Assembly (NCBI GenBank): GCA_039801885.1
Contig: JBDRVN010000008.1
Span: 1-44,950 of the forward strand
DNA: 44,950 nucleotides
From: a candidate division WOR-3 bacterium
Lineage (GTDB): Bacteria; Hydrothermota; Tepidihabitantia; Tepidihabitantales; DTDR01
Direction: 5' to 3'
A program made the position numbers and the translations under genes. Shown one piece after another: positions 36,633-44,950 of the stretch (within the stretch, counting starts at the first letter, position 1; every line of letters starts with the position of its first letter). Below the pieces are notes generated by a model. That model made no database searches, was not told where the DNA came from, and saw only the letters and a list, made by a program, of their open reading frames with translations.

Positions 36633-37613
36633 CTACCATTTATAAACCATTCCTGCCCAGGTAAAACCAGTGCCAAAGGCACTCATTAAAATCAAATCAC
36701 CATCTTTTATCTTTTCAGTGCGATAGGCTTCGTCCAAAGCGACCGGTATCGTGGCTGCTGACATATTACCATATTTGTGTAAAACAATAAAAGTTTTCTC
36801 ATCCGGGATTTTTGTTCTTTCATTGGTTGCTTTTATTATTCTCATATTTGCTTGATGGGGAATGAAAAGTTTAATATCTTCAATGGAAATATTGGCATCT
36901 TTCAATGCCTTTTCTGCTGCCTTACCCATCCAAATTACCGCATGTTTAAAAACTTCTCTTCCTTTCATATGGACATAATGAAGTTTCTCTTTAACTGTTT
37001 TTTCTGACGCCGGCATCCTCGTGCCACCCGCTGGTTGATAGAGAAGTTCAGCTAAAGAACCATCAGCACCCCAATTGGCTGATAAAATACCAGAATCGCC
37101 TTTGCCTTCGACAACAACACAGGCACCGGCGCCGTCACCAAATAAAACACAGGTTGCCCGATCTTCCCAATTGACAACTTTTGACATCACTTCGCCGCCA
37201 CAAACCAAAATTTTTTTAGCCATTTTTGATTCAATCAAAGTACCAGCAAGTAAAAAGGCATATAAAAAGCCCGAACAGCCAGCACTCACATCAAAAGCAC
37301 CTTGTCCTTTAGTTTTCAATTTTTTCTGAAGCCAACAAGCAGTGGAAGGATAAACAGTATCCGGTGTTGAGGTAGCAACAATAATCACATCTATTTCTTC
37401 AGGCCTCATTTGTGCCATTTCTAACGCCCTTATTGATGCCTCGTAACACAAATCAGAAGTCGCCTGGTCATCCCGAACAATCCGCCTCTCTTTTATTCCG
37501 GTCCTTTCCGTAATCCATTCATCAGTGGTATCAACCATTTTTTCTAAATCAAAATTATTAATAATTTTTTCTGGTAGATAGGAACCAACTCCAATGATTT
37601 TTATTCTAATCAT
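36633..37613 (-). CDS. fabH: Beta-ketoacyl-ACP synthase III
   Basis: DEWITERTGI.ERR, AGCSGF, LFGDGAGA, PHQAN.RII, GNMSAA.IP, FG.GFTW. Confidence 0.96.
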   Translation of the reverse strand: MIRIKIIGVGSYLPEKIINNFDLEKMVDTTDEWITERTGIKERRIVRDDQATSDLCYEASIRALEMAQMRPEEIDVIIVATSTPDTVYPSTACWLQKKLKTKGQGAFDVSAGCSGFLYAFLLAGTLIESKMAKKILVCGGEVMSKVVNWEDRATCVLFGDGAGACVVVEGKGDSGILSANWGADGSLAELLYQPAGGTRMPASEKTVKEKLHYVHMKGREVFKHAVIWMGKAAEKALKDANISIEDIKLFIPHQANMRIIKATNERTKIPDEKTFIVLHKYGNMSAATIPVALDEAYRTEKIKDGDLILMSAFGTGFTWAGMVYKW

Positions 37614-37651
37614 AAAATTTTATTTAAATAATAATAAAAAAGTTTTAAAAA

Positions 37652-38698
37652 TCAATGAGAATAGAGATTACTTAAAAGATGGATATTGCCAATATTTACT
37701 CTTTTTATCCCATAATCTAAGGCAATCTTCTTTGCTAACTCAGCATGGCTTCTTGATGTTTTTGGTAAATCATTCAAATAAAAAGTAGGATAATAAGCTA
37801 AAAAACTTATAGGAATTTCTAAATTTACTTTGCTAATAAATTTTACGATCTCCTTAATCTCATATTTATCCACATAACCCGGAACCAAAAGAACAGAGAC
37901 AACCAATAATGGTGGTTCTTTTCTTTTATCAAAAAATTGGGAAGCATATTCAATGTTTTTTAAAGTATTCTTATTCGAAGAACCAGTTAAAGTATAATAA
38001 ATTTCCGGAGAAAAGGCTTTTAAATCAATTTTAATTATTCCCTCGCTTTTTAAAGCAAGGTAAACAATTTTTTTAAAGATATTTAAACTTACTGAACCAT
38101 TGGTTTCAAAACAAATTCGACATTTTTGTTTTTCTAAAATCTTTTCGGAGAGGTTAATAACATAATAAATATTTGGCGTTGGGTCACCACCGAAATAGCA
38201 AACACAGAAAATCTCAGAATTGACCTTCTCTAACATTTCGGAAATTGAATATCTCTTTTTTGGCGACAGTTTAAAATGCCAATTTTGACAATATAAACAG
38301 TTGAAAGAGCAGTGACGAAAAAATACTGCTAAGCTTTTATAACCTCTCGGAGCATTGCAAATAAAAGAGGCAACACAATTGGTTGGCAGTGGATCATAAT
38401 AATAGTCAAGATAGCCAAAATCTTCGCTCCTTTTTATTCCTTTTTCATTCTTTATTAATCCGCAATAACCATATCCCTTCTCGAAAATTTTACAATCATT
38501 GACACATTGGCTGCATTTTTTACCTTCTTCAAAATCAGGGACCTCTTTGGGCAAAGAAAAATCCTCTCTTAAATTCTTATGAATTTCTTTTATCTCTTTA
38601 TTTATCTCTAAAAAATTTTCTCTTACACAAGAAGCACAATAGCCGATTTTTTGCGAAACAGTTATTGACTCTTTATTGCATAATTTACATTTCCCCAT
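37652..38698 (-). CDS. Radical SAM protein (PFL-activase/PflX/AmmeMemoRadiSAM-like)
   Basis: HCSFNCLYCQNW, YYDPLPTNC, FGGDP, ETNG, DLKA, GNIHLL. Confidence 0.85.
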   Translation of the reverse strand: MGKCKLCNKESITVSQKIGYCASCVRENFLEINKEIKEIHKNLREDFSLPKEVPDFEEGKKCSQCVNDCKIFEKGYGYCGLIKNEKGIKRSEDFGYLDYYYDPLPTNCVASFICNAPRGYKSLAVFFRHCSFNCLYCQNWHFKLSPKKRYSISEMLEKVNSEIFCVCYFGGDPTPNIYYVINLSEKILEKQKCRICFETNGSVSLNIFKKIVYLALKSEGIIKIDLKAFSPEIYYTLTGSSNKNTLKNIEYASQFFDKRKEPPLLVVSVLLVPGYVDKYEIKEIVKFISKVNLEIPISFLAYYPTFYLNDLPKTSRSHAELAKKIALDYGIKRVNIGNIHLLSNLYSH

Positions 38699-38721
38699 TT
38701 ATAAAATTATAATTTATTTTA

Positions 38722-38749
38722 TTGACAAATCAATTTTTTAAATTATACT
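38722..38749 (+). promoter_or_regulatory. sigma70 promoter TTGACA-16-TATACT, overlapping a divergent TTGATT-16-TATAAT (38733-38706)
   Basis: Near-consensus hexamers on both strands. Confidence 0.65.
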
Positions 38750-38776
38750 TTTTTTAACTTAAAAAAAGGAGGAGAA

Positions 38777-38974
38777 ATGGCAAAGAAAGCTAAGAAAAAG
38801 GTTACAAAGAAAGCCACAAAAAGAGTGGTAAAGAGAGTAAAGAAAGAAGCAGCGCCCAAAGGACCAATCTATACTTGTTCAGTTTGTGGTGCGGAAGTGA
38901 TGGTTACTAAGGAATGCGCTTGTTCGCCTTGCGACCTAATCTGTTGCGGACAGCCGATGACAAAGAAAGAATAA
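38777..38974 (+). CDS. Small protein: Lys-rich H1-like tail + desulforedoxin-like Cys-rich domain
   Basis: Strong SD AGGAGG; MAKKAKKKVTKKATKR...; YTCSVCG...CACSPC.LICCGQPM. Confidence 0.8.
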   Translation: MAKKAKKKVTKKATKRVVKRVKKEAAPKGPIYTCSVCGAEVMVTKECACSPCDLICCGQPMTKKE

Positions 38975-39029
38975 AGATATAACCCATTTTTGATTTAAAA
39001 ATATAAAGTATTAAAAAAGAAGGATTTTG

Positions 39030-39058
39030 TTGAATTTTATAGTTTCTTTTATTATAAT
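39030..39058 (+). promoter_or_regulatory. sigma70 promoter TTGAAT-17-TATAAT, leaderless glnA-like gene
   Basis: ATG 39064 is 5 nt after the -10; no SD. Confidence 0.7.
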
Positions 39059-39063
39059 TTTCA

Positions 39064-40374
39064 ATGGATTTAGAGGAATTTATTATAGAAAATAATATAG
39101 AATTTATTGATTTAAAATATACTGATTTATTAGGAAATCTTCATCACCTCACTTTACCAAGCGAAAAATTTAATCTAATCAAGGAGAAAGGAATTGGTTT
39201 TGATGGCTCTTCGGTTCCTGGTCTTGCTGGTGATAAAGAAAGTGATTTAGTATTGGTTCCGGACCCCTCCGAATATTTTATTGATACTATTTATCAAAAT
39301 AAAACCCTTTCTTTCTTTACTTACATTTTTTTAAAAAAGGAGCCTTATTACAAAGATTCTCGTTTGATACTAAAAAAAGCAGAAGAGGTATTTAAAAAAG
39401 AAGTTGGTATTGATAAAATTCTTTTTAGAGTGGAGTTAGAATTTTATCTCTTAGAGGAGGCTGATTTTAATTTTAATAAGTTAAATGGCTATTACCATTT
39501 TTTAAGCGAAGATAAAAAAGAAAGAAATATAAAATTCCCCTATGAACAATCCTATCAAGAAATACCGCCTTTTGACAAATATTATGAATTTCGGCAAGAA
39601 ATAGTTATTAAAGCAAAAGAATTAGATATTGATATTAAATATCACCATCACGAAAATGGTCAATTTGGACAAGAAGAGATTGAAACAGAATTTTATGAAC
39701 CGGTTAGGATTTGTGATAAGATATTGATTTTAAAATATCTCATTAGAAACTTAGTAAAAAGATATAACAAAATTGTAACTTTTATTCCAAAGTTGTTTTA
39801 TGATGAACCTGGTAATGGCTTACATTTCCATTTTCAAATATTAAAAAATGGAAGAAATATTTTGTTCAGTAAAGATAATAATCTAAGTGAAGAAGGTAAT
39901 TATTTTATCAAAGGTATTTTTGCTCACTTAAAAACAATCTCTGCTTTCGCTAACCCATCGCCCAATTCTTATCGCCGTCTTCTTTCTGGTTTTGAAGCGC
40001 CTTCGGTTTTAGATGTTGGTGTAGGAAATAGAAATATGATTTTTCGCATTCCTGCTTATTTAGAAAAGGAAGATTTGACTATTGAATTTAGATTGTCTGA
40101 TGCTTTGTGTAATCCTTATCTTTTGTTAGCCAGTTTTCTTTTAGCTGGTTTAGATGGAATTAAGAAAAAAGGAGAGTTTAAAAAAGAATTCCAATTATCT
40201 AAAAGTTTAGAAGAAAGTTTAACTGCTTTAAAAGAGGATAACCAATTTTTATTAAAAGAAAATATCTTTAAGAAAGAACTTATTAATGAATGGGTTAAGA
40301 TTAAAGAGAAAGAACTAAAATTGATTAATGATTTTCCTCATCCCTTAGAATATTTATTATATTTTAATTTATGA
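39064..40374 (+). CDS. glnA: Glutamine synthetase type I family protein (divergent)
   Basis: FDGSSV.G, ESDL.L.PD, ELEFY, HHE..GQ.EI, GNGLHFH, NSYRRL..GFEAP, IEFR..D..CNPYL. Confidence 0.85.
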   Translation: MDLEEFIIENNIEFIDLKYTDLLGNLHHLTLPSEKFNLIKEKGIGFDGSSVPGLAGDKESDLVLVPDPSEYFIDTIYQNKTLSFFTYIFLKKEPYYKDSRLILKKAEEVFKKEVGIDKILFRVELEFYLLEEADFNFNKLNGYYHFLSEDKKERNIKFPYEQSYQEIPPFDKYYEFRQEIVIKAKELDIDIKYHHHENGQFGQEEIETEFYEPVRICDKILILKYLIRNLVKRYNKIVTFIPKLFYDEPGNGLHFHFQILKNGRNILFSKDNNLSEEGNYFIKGIFAHLKTISAFANPSPNSYRRLLSGFEAPSVLDVGVGNRNMIFRIPAYLEKEDLTIEFRLSDALCNPYLLLASFLLAGLDGIKKKGEFKKEFQLSKSLEESLTALKEDNQFLLKENIFKKELINEWVKIKEKELKLINDFPHPLEYLLYFNL

Positions 40375-40751
40375 AAGAAATTATTTATACTGATAAAGCC
40401 CCGAAACCAATTGGACCATATTCCCAGGCAGTAAAGATTGGTAACTTTATTTTCCTTTCTGGTCAGATTGGTATTGACCCCAAGACTAATGAACTTGTTA
40501 GTGGTGGAATTGAAAATGAAACAAGACAGATATTGGAAAATATTATTAATATTCTAAAATCTCAAAATACCGATTTGTCAAATATTTTAAAGGTAAATAT
40601 CTATTTAAAAAATTTAGAGGATTTTAAAAAAGTGAATGACATTTATCAAGAATATTTTAAAGATAATTTTCCTGCCCGAACTACCATTGGCGGCGTTTTG
40701 CTTCCCAAAAATGCTTTAATTGAGATTGATGTTATTGCTTATCTTCCTTAA
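40371..40751 (+). CDS. ridA: RidA/YjgF reactive-intermediate deaminase
   Basis: APKPIGPYSQAV, SGQIG, FPART, LPKNALIEID. Confidence 0.93.
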   Translation: MKEIIYTDKAPKPIGPYSQAVKIGNFIFLSGQIGIDPKTNELVSGGIENETRQILENIINILKSQNTDLSNILKVNIYLKNLEDFKKVNDIYQEYFKDNFPARTTIGGVLLPKNALIEIDVIAYLP

Positions 40752-41658
40752 CATCTTTTTTTTAAACAAAGATAGCATCATCAAAGAGGGTTTAAATTAT
40801 GCTTACAATTTAGATTTTAAAAAAGCCGAGTCTTGTTTTTATTATGTTAGTAAATTAGATTCTAATGACCCGAGCGGCTATTTTTTCCAAAGCGCTTTAT
40901 TACAAGCAATTATGCTCGATAGTTTTTATGACCGATATAGAAATATTTATTATGAAAAAATTAAAAGAACAGTTAAAATTGCTAAAAAAAATCCTTCTGA
41001 TTTCTATTTAGGTTGTGCTTATCTTTACTGGGCACTTTTTGAAGGCTGGCGAAAAAATTATTGGCAATCTTATTTTTTAGGAATGGAAATCCCTAAATAT
41101 CTTAATCGTGCCTTAGAAAAAGATAGAAATTTATTTGATTGTTATTTAGGTTTAGGACTTTATGAATATTTTAAAGCAAGGGCAAATAAATATATCTTTT
41201 CTTTAAAACTTTTTGGTGATAGAGAGAAGGCATTAAGATTTATGAAACTTGCCAGCGATAGTTCTAAAATCCTCAAAATTACTGCCCAATATGCCTATGC
41301 CTGGATATTAACTGAAGAAAAAAGATTTAACGAGGCAGAAAGTATTTTAAAGGAACTTTTGGAACATTATCCTAATAATAAAATCTTTTTAAGATTGTTA
41401 CGGGATATGTATTATAAAAAGGGAGATTATCAAAAATGCCTAATGATATGTGAAAGACTGAAAGATTTAGAAAAGAGAAGAATTTTAGAAAACGAACTGA
41501 TAACAGGAAAGGTTTATTATTTTTTGAAAGATTATAAAAAAGCAAAAGAACATTTTAACTTTATTATTGAAAACAAAGAAAAATTTAAAAACCAAGTAAG
41601 ATTTAAGGACCATTACGAAGAAACCTTGAAATATTTTCGTAAGGCGAAATGGTATTAA
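40729..41658 (+). CDS. Tetratricopeptide-repeat protein, probably exported
   Basis: Helical TPR pattern (D.YLGLGLYEY, EAESILKELLEHYPNN, DYKKAKEHF); ATG 40729 preferred over TTG 40720. Confidence 0.7.
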   Translation: MLLLIFLNIFFLNKDSIIKEGLNYAYNLDFKKAESCFYYVSKLDSNDPSGYFFQSALLQAIMLDSFYDRYRNIYYEKIKRTVKIAKKNPSDFYLGCAYLYWALFEGWRKNYWQSYFLGMEIPKYLNRALEKDRNLFDCYLGLGLYEYFKARANKYIFSLKLFGDREKALRFMKLASDSSKILKITAQYAYAWILTEEKRFNEAESILKELLEHYPNNKIFLRLLRDMYYKKGDYQKCLMICERLKDLEKRRILENELITGKVYYFLKDYKKAKEHFNFIIENKEKFKNQVRFKDHYEETLKYFRKAKWY

Positions 41659-42089
41659 TTGTTGGTATTGGCAATCGCGACCGCGGCGACGATGGCATCG
41701 GTTCCCTTATTGCCGAAAGATTAATAAAAGAAGGTTTTGAAAATGTCTTAGATTGTGAAAGGATACCAGAAAATTATCTTTCTAAAATAATCGAGCAAAA
41801 ACCAGAAAAGATTATTTTCATTGATGCTTGTGATTTTGGTGGTAGAGTTGGTGAAGTTAAGGTTTTTAAAAAAGAAGAATGGCAGAATTTTAAAACCCTT
41901 TCTTTTTCTACTCATACTTTACCGATGCCTCTTTTTTTATCTCTAATTGAAAAATTAACTAATTCAGAAGTCTATTTATTAGGAATACAAGTTAAAAATA
42001 CTAATTTTTCCCAATCTTTAAGTGAAGAGTTAAACAATCTTTTAGAAGAATTGATAGAAAAAATAAAAAATTTTTTAAAAGGAGGTTAA
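41649..42089 (+). CDS. Hydrogenase maturation protease (HycI-like)
   Basis: GIGN.DRGDDGIG, PENY, IDA, STH.LP, GIQ. Confidence 0.9.
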   Translation: MVLIVGIGNRDRGDDGIGSLIAERLIKEGFENVLDCERIPENYLSKIIEQKPEKIIFIDACDFGGRVGEVKVFKKEEWQNFKTLSFSTHTLPMPLFLSLIEKLTNSEVYLLGIQVKNTNFSQSLSEELNNLLEELIEKIKNFLKGG

Positions 42090-42090
42090 T

Positions 42091-42510
42091 ATGTTTCTTT
42101 TCTTGTCATTATTTATTTTTTCCCAACAATATGGTTATTTAACTGTTTTAAGTGAAAAAGGAGATTTGCCAGTATATTTAGACGGAAATTATTTGGGTAA
42201 AACACCGATTATTAAAGAAAAAATTAAACCAGGAAAATATACAATTAGCCTTTTTTCTGAACAGGAAATGGAATTTGCTTATAATAAGTTAAAAAGGGGC
42301 TCTATTTTCCAGAAGCTTTCCTCTCTCTGGGAATTAGCAAAATATTCCGGAGCAACCGAAGTAATTAGGGTCGCTCCGGATAGTCTAACCGAAATCTTTC
42401 TTTCTAAGAAAAATGCCGAAAATAATAGAAAAAAAGCAAAAATCTATTTCTTTTCTTCAATATCTACTATCTTCTTACTGGGATTAATTACGGGAATTTT
42501 AGTTGAATGA
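42091..42510 (+). CDS. PEGA-domain protein with C-terminal membrane helix
   Basis: GYLTV.S...VYLDG.YLGKTP...PGKY; SD GGAGG. Confidence 0.75.
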   Translation: MFLFLSLFIFSQQYGYLTVLSEKGDLPVYLDGNYLGKTPIIKEKIKPGKYTISLFSEQEMEFAYNKLKRGSIFQKLSSLWELAKYSGATEVIRVAPDSLTEIFLSKKNAENNRKKAKIYFFSSISTIFLLGLITGILVE

Positions 42511-44240
42511 TAAACAAATATAAATGGATTCTTAATAATTTAGAAGAAGACTGGGAAAGAATTAAAGAAGAAATTAACTTGCCGATACCCATTATTAAAA
42601 TTTTATGGCAAAGAGGTTTAAAGAAAAAAGAAGAGATAGAAAATTTCTTAAACCCAAAGGCAAAAGATTTATTTTTGCCTTCTTTATTACCGGATATTGA
42701 AAAGGCAGTAGAAAGAATTGAAGATGCTATCAAAAAGAAAGAAAGGATTTTAATTTTTGGTGATTATGATGTTGATGGGATAACTGCTACTACTATTTTA
42801 CTCCAAATATTAAAAAAAATTGGTGCCAATGTAAATTTTTATATTCCCCATCGTGAAAAGGAAGGTTATGGTCTTTCTGATACAGCACTTCTTTATGCGA
42901 AAAGTCATGGTTATAAATTGGTTATTACTGTTGATTGCGGTTCTAACGATTTCTCTTTAATTAATTTTGCTAAAAAATTAAAATTGGATGTGATTGTTTG
43001 TGACCATCATGAAGTCCAGCAAGATTCAAACTACGCCTTTGCCTTTATCAATCCAAAAAGGAAAGATAGTAAATACCCTTTTCGGGAACTCGCGGGTGTT
43101 GGTGTTGCCTTCAAATTAAGTTGGGCACTTCTCCAAGCATTTAATTTCAATAAGGAAGACTTAATTGAAAATCTTGATTTGGTTTCTTTAGGAACTATCT
43201 GTGATATTGTGCCATTAGTTGGCGAAAACCGGATATTGGCAAAATTGGGACTTTCTTATTTAAATAAAAGAAAAAGATTAGGTTTAAATTATTTAATAAA
43301 AGAGGCGGGATTAAAAAATAAAGAGATTACTTCTTATGATATTAGTTTTATAATTGGACCAAGATTAAATGCTAGTGGCCGAATTACCCATGCTGAAAAG
43401 GCAGTAAAATTATTAATTACTGATAGTGAAGAAGAGGCAAAAGAATTAGCCAAAGAATTAGAAAAAGATAATAAAAAAAGACAATTAATTGAAGAGAAGA
43501 TTTTAAAAGAAGCGAAAGAGATAATTAAAAGAGAAGAGAAGGATAAAAATCTAATAATTCTCTTAGGAAAGGAAGATTGGCACGAAGGGGTAATTGGTAT
43601 TTGTGCTTCCAAAATTGTTGATGAATTTTATAAACCAACGATCTTATTTAATCTTAGTGAAAATTATGCCAAAGGTTCCGGAAGAAGTATCCCCCATTTT
43701 TCCCTCTTTGAAGTAATAAAAGCAAATTCTCAATATTTATTAAAATTTGGTGGTCATAAATATGCTTGCGGTCTCTTCTTAAAGAAAAAGGAATTAAAAA
43801 ACTTTGAAAAAAGCCTCATTAATTATATTGAAAAAAATATTGATAAGGAAATCTACGAAAGAAAATTATTTATTGATTGTGAATTAAACTTAAATGAGAT
43901 AAATTATGAATTATTAAGTTATCTAAAAAAATTTGAGCCCTTTGGTATTGAAAATCCTTCGCCCCTTTTTTTCACGAGGAATTTAGAAGTAGTTGGTTTT
44001 CCCAGAGTGGTAGCCCAAAAACATCTAAAATTTAGGGTTCGCCAAAAAAAAGAAGAAAAAGAAGCAAAAGAGGTATTAGCATTTAATGAAGCAAAAACAA
44101 TATTAAAATTGGCTTGCGGTAAAGAAGATTATCTAAATTTAGTTTATACTTTTGATGAAGATTCCTTTTTTGGTAAGAAAAAGATTGTTTTATACGTTAA
44201 AGACCTTTCGATCAATGTGGCAGAAGATAAAAATTGGTGA
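42507..44240 (+). CDS. recJ: ssDNA exonuclease RecJ
   Basis: GDYDVDG, EGYG, TVDCG, DHH, GPRLNASGR, WHEGVIG, KGSGRS, GGH, EPFG..NP.P. Confidence 0.96.
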   Translation: MINKYKWILNNLEEDWERIKEEINLPIPIIKILWQRGLKKKEEIENFLNPKAKDLFLPSLLPDIEKAVERIEDAIKKKERILIFGDYDVDGITATTILLQILKKIGANVNFYIPHREKEGYGLSDTALLYAKSHGYKLVITVDCGSNDFSLINFAKKLKLDVIVCDHHEVQQDSNYAFAFINPKRKDSKYPFRELAGVGVAFKLSWALLQAFNFNKEDLIENLDLVSLGTICDIVPLVGENRILAKLGLSYLNKRKRLGLNYLIKEAGLKNKEITSYDISFIIGPRLNASGRITHAEKAVKLLITDSEEEAKELAKELEKDNKKRQLIEEKILKEAKEIIKREEKDKNLIILLGKEDWHEGVIGICASKIVDEFYKPTILFNLSENYAKGSGRSIPHFSLFEVIKANSQYLLKFGGHKYACGLFLKKKELKNFEKSLINYIEKNIDKEIYERKLFIDCELNLNEINYELLSYLKKFEPFGIENPSPLFFTRNLEVVGFPRVVAQKHLKFRVRQKKEEKEAKEVLAFNEAKTILKLACGKEDYLNLVYTFDEDSFFGKKKIVLYVKDLSINVAEDKNW

Positions 44241-44950
44241 CCTTATTTTTTATCAATTTAATTATAAAAAAATCAATATCTATTTTTTTACTCGCCAAGG
44301 CGGCTATTCAAAAGGCAATTACTTTTCTTTAAACCTATCTTATGATGTTGGCGATGATCAAATTTTAGTAAAGAAAAATTACCAAAAGATAAAAGATATT
44401 ATTAAAGTAAAAAGGATTATCAATTTAAAACAAATCCATTCTAATAAAATTGTCGTATTAAATAATGAAAATTTTGATAAATTTGGTGATGGAGTTATTA
44501 CCCAAAAGAAAAATATTTTATTAGGAATTAAAGTTGCTGATTGTTTACCCGTTGCCCTTTTTAAAGAAGATTGCGAAGTTATTGGTATTTTTCATATCGG
44601 CTGGCAGGGATTTTATTTAAAAATTTGTGAAGAGATTATTAAATTTTTTAAGAATTATAAAAATAGAATCTATTTCTTACTTATGCCTTCTATTGAGCAA
44701 AAATGTTATCCAGTTAATTTTTCTATCTATAAAAAATTCCAAGAAGTTTACGATAAAGATTTTTTAGAGAAAATCTTCCTTAAACAAGCGAATAAATATT
44801 ATTTAGATTTACGAAAGGGGGTAAGAGAAATTTTAAATAAATATTTTATTGAACTTCCTGGTTTAGAACTTTGTTCTTTTTGTGAAAAAGAAGAATTATA
44901 TTCTTATCGGCGAGACAAAATTACTGGCAGAAATTTAGCCGGCATCCAAA
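44215..44950 (+). CDS. pgeF: YfiH/PgeF laccase-domain protein, runs off the window end (absent from ORF track)
   Basis: Own translation from ATG 44215: FTRQGGYS...SLNLSYDVGD, QIHS, DGVIT, VADCLP, HIGWQG, CSFC...YSYRRD..TGRN. Confidence 0.88.
   Translation, partial: MWQKIKIGDLIFYQFNYKKINIYFFTRQGGYSKGNYFSLNLSYDVGDDQILVKKNYQKIKDIIKVKRIINLKQIHSNKIVVLNNENFDKFGDGVITQKKNILLGIKVADCLPVALFKEDCEVIGIFHIGWQGFYLKICEEIIKFFKNYKNRIYFLLMPSIEQKCYPVNFSIYKKFQEVYDKDFLEKIFLKQANKYYLDLRKGVREILNKYFIELPGLELCSFCEKEELYSYRRDKITGRNLAGIQ

Noticed and set aside
32360-38974. Selenocysteine recoding in Cys-rich redox genes
   Set aside because: No in-frame TGA interruptions; the ORFs are complete.
41649-42089. Hydrogenase operon
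   Set aside because: Only the maturation protease is present; no structural subunits in the window.
862-43612. Many 60-160 aa shadow ORFs (e.g. 862, 6940, 13040, 29699, 30884, 34846, 43334)
   Set aside because: Antisense or out of frame within well-supported genes, with no motifs or RBS.
1-44950. tRNA, rRNA, CRISPR array, transposase or integrase
   Set aside because: None recognisable; intergenic gaps are short and lack cloverleaf or repeat-spacer patterns.

Overview
AT-rich (roughly 30% GC by eye), gene-dense chromosomal window from an anaerobic diderm bacterium. The gene content suggests the FCB group, plausibly candidate phylum WOR-3 or a relative (inference only). Left part: a HAF-repeat secreted protein, then a cluster resembling the type IX secretion (T9SS) attachment module (peptidase-MA/TolB/Omp85 protein, PorU-like C25 peptidase, PorV-like barrel, GT2, PorZ-like propeller), followed by purE, a nitroreductase, queA, murF, a carboxyltransferase-BCCP fusion, mfd, a ParB-like gene and an SPL-like radical SAM gene. 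Middle, minus strand: arcC, a GATase-like secreted protein, DUF89, rpmA, an MBL hydrolase and fumarase alpha. An accessory patch (about 27.7-32.4 kb) holds a truncated secreted gene, an LVIVD-repeat protein and a standalone SIR2 gene. Right part: fabH plus a 2-oxoacid:ferredoxin oxidoreductase operon, a radical SAM gene, a small Lys/Cys-rich protein, glnA-like, ridA, TPR, hydrogenase protease, PEGA, recJ and partial pgeF. Signals beyond the ORF track: (1) the SIR2 gene lies between exact 36-bp direct repeats of the porB 3' end, i.e. an integrase-less one-gene cassette; (2) a promoter-driven leader/sRNA whose loop is antisense to SD+AUG; (3) an unannotated 17-aa Lys-rich peptide gene; (4) many apparently leaderless genes; (5) ultra-short signal peptides; (6) two genes with strong internal in-frame starts. 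No rRNA, tRNA, CRISPR array, transposase or integrase was seen.
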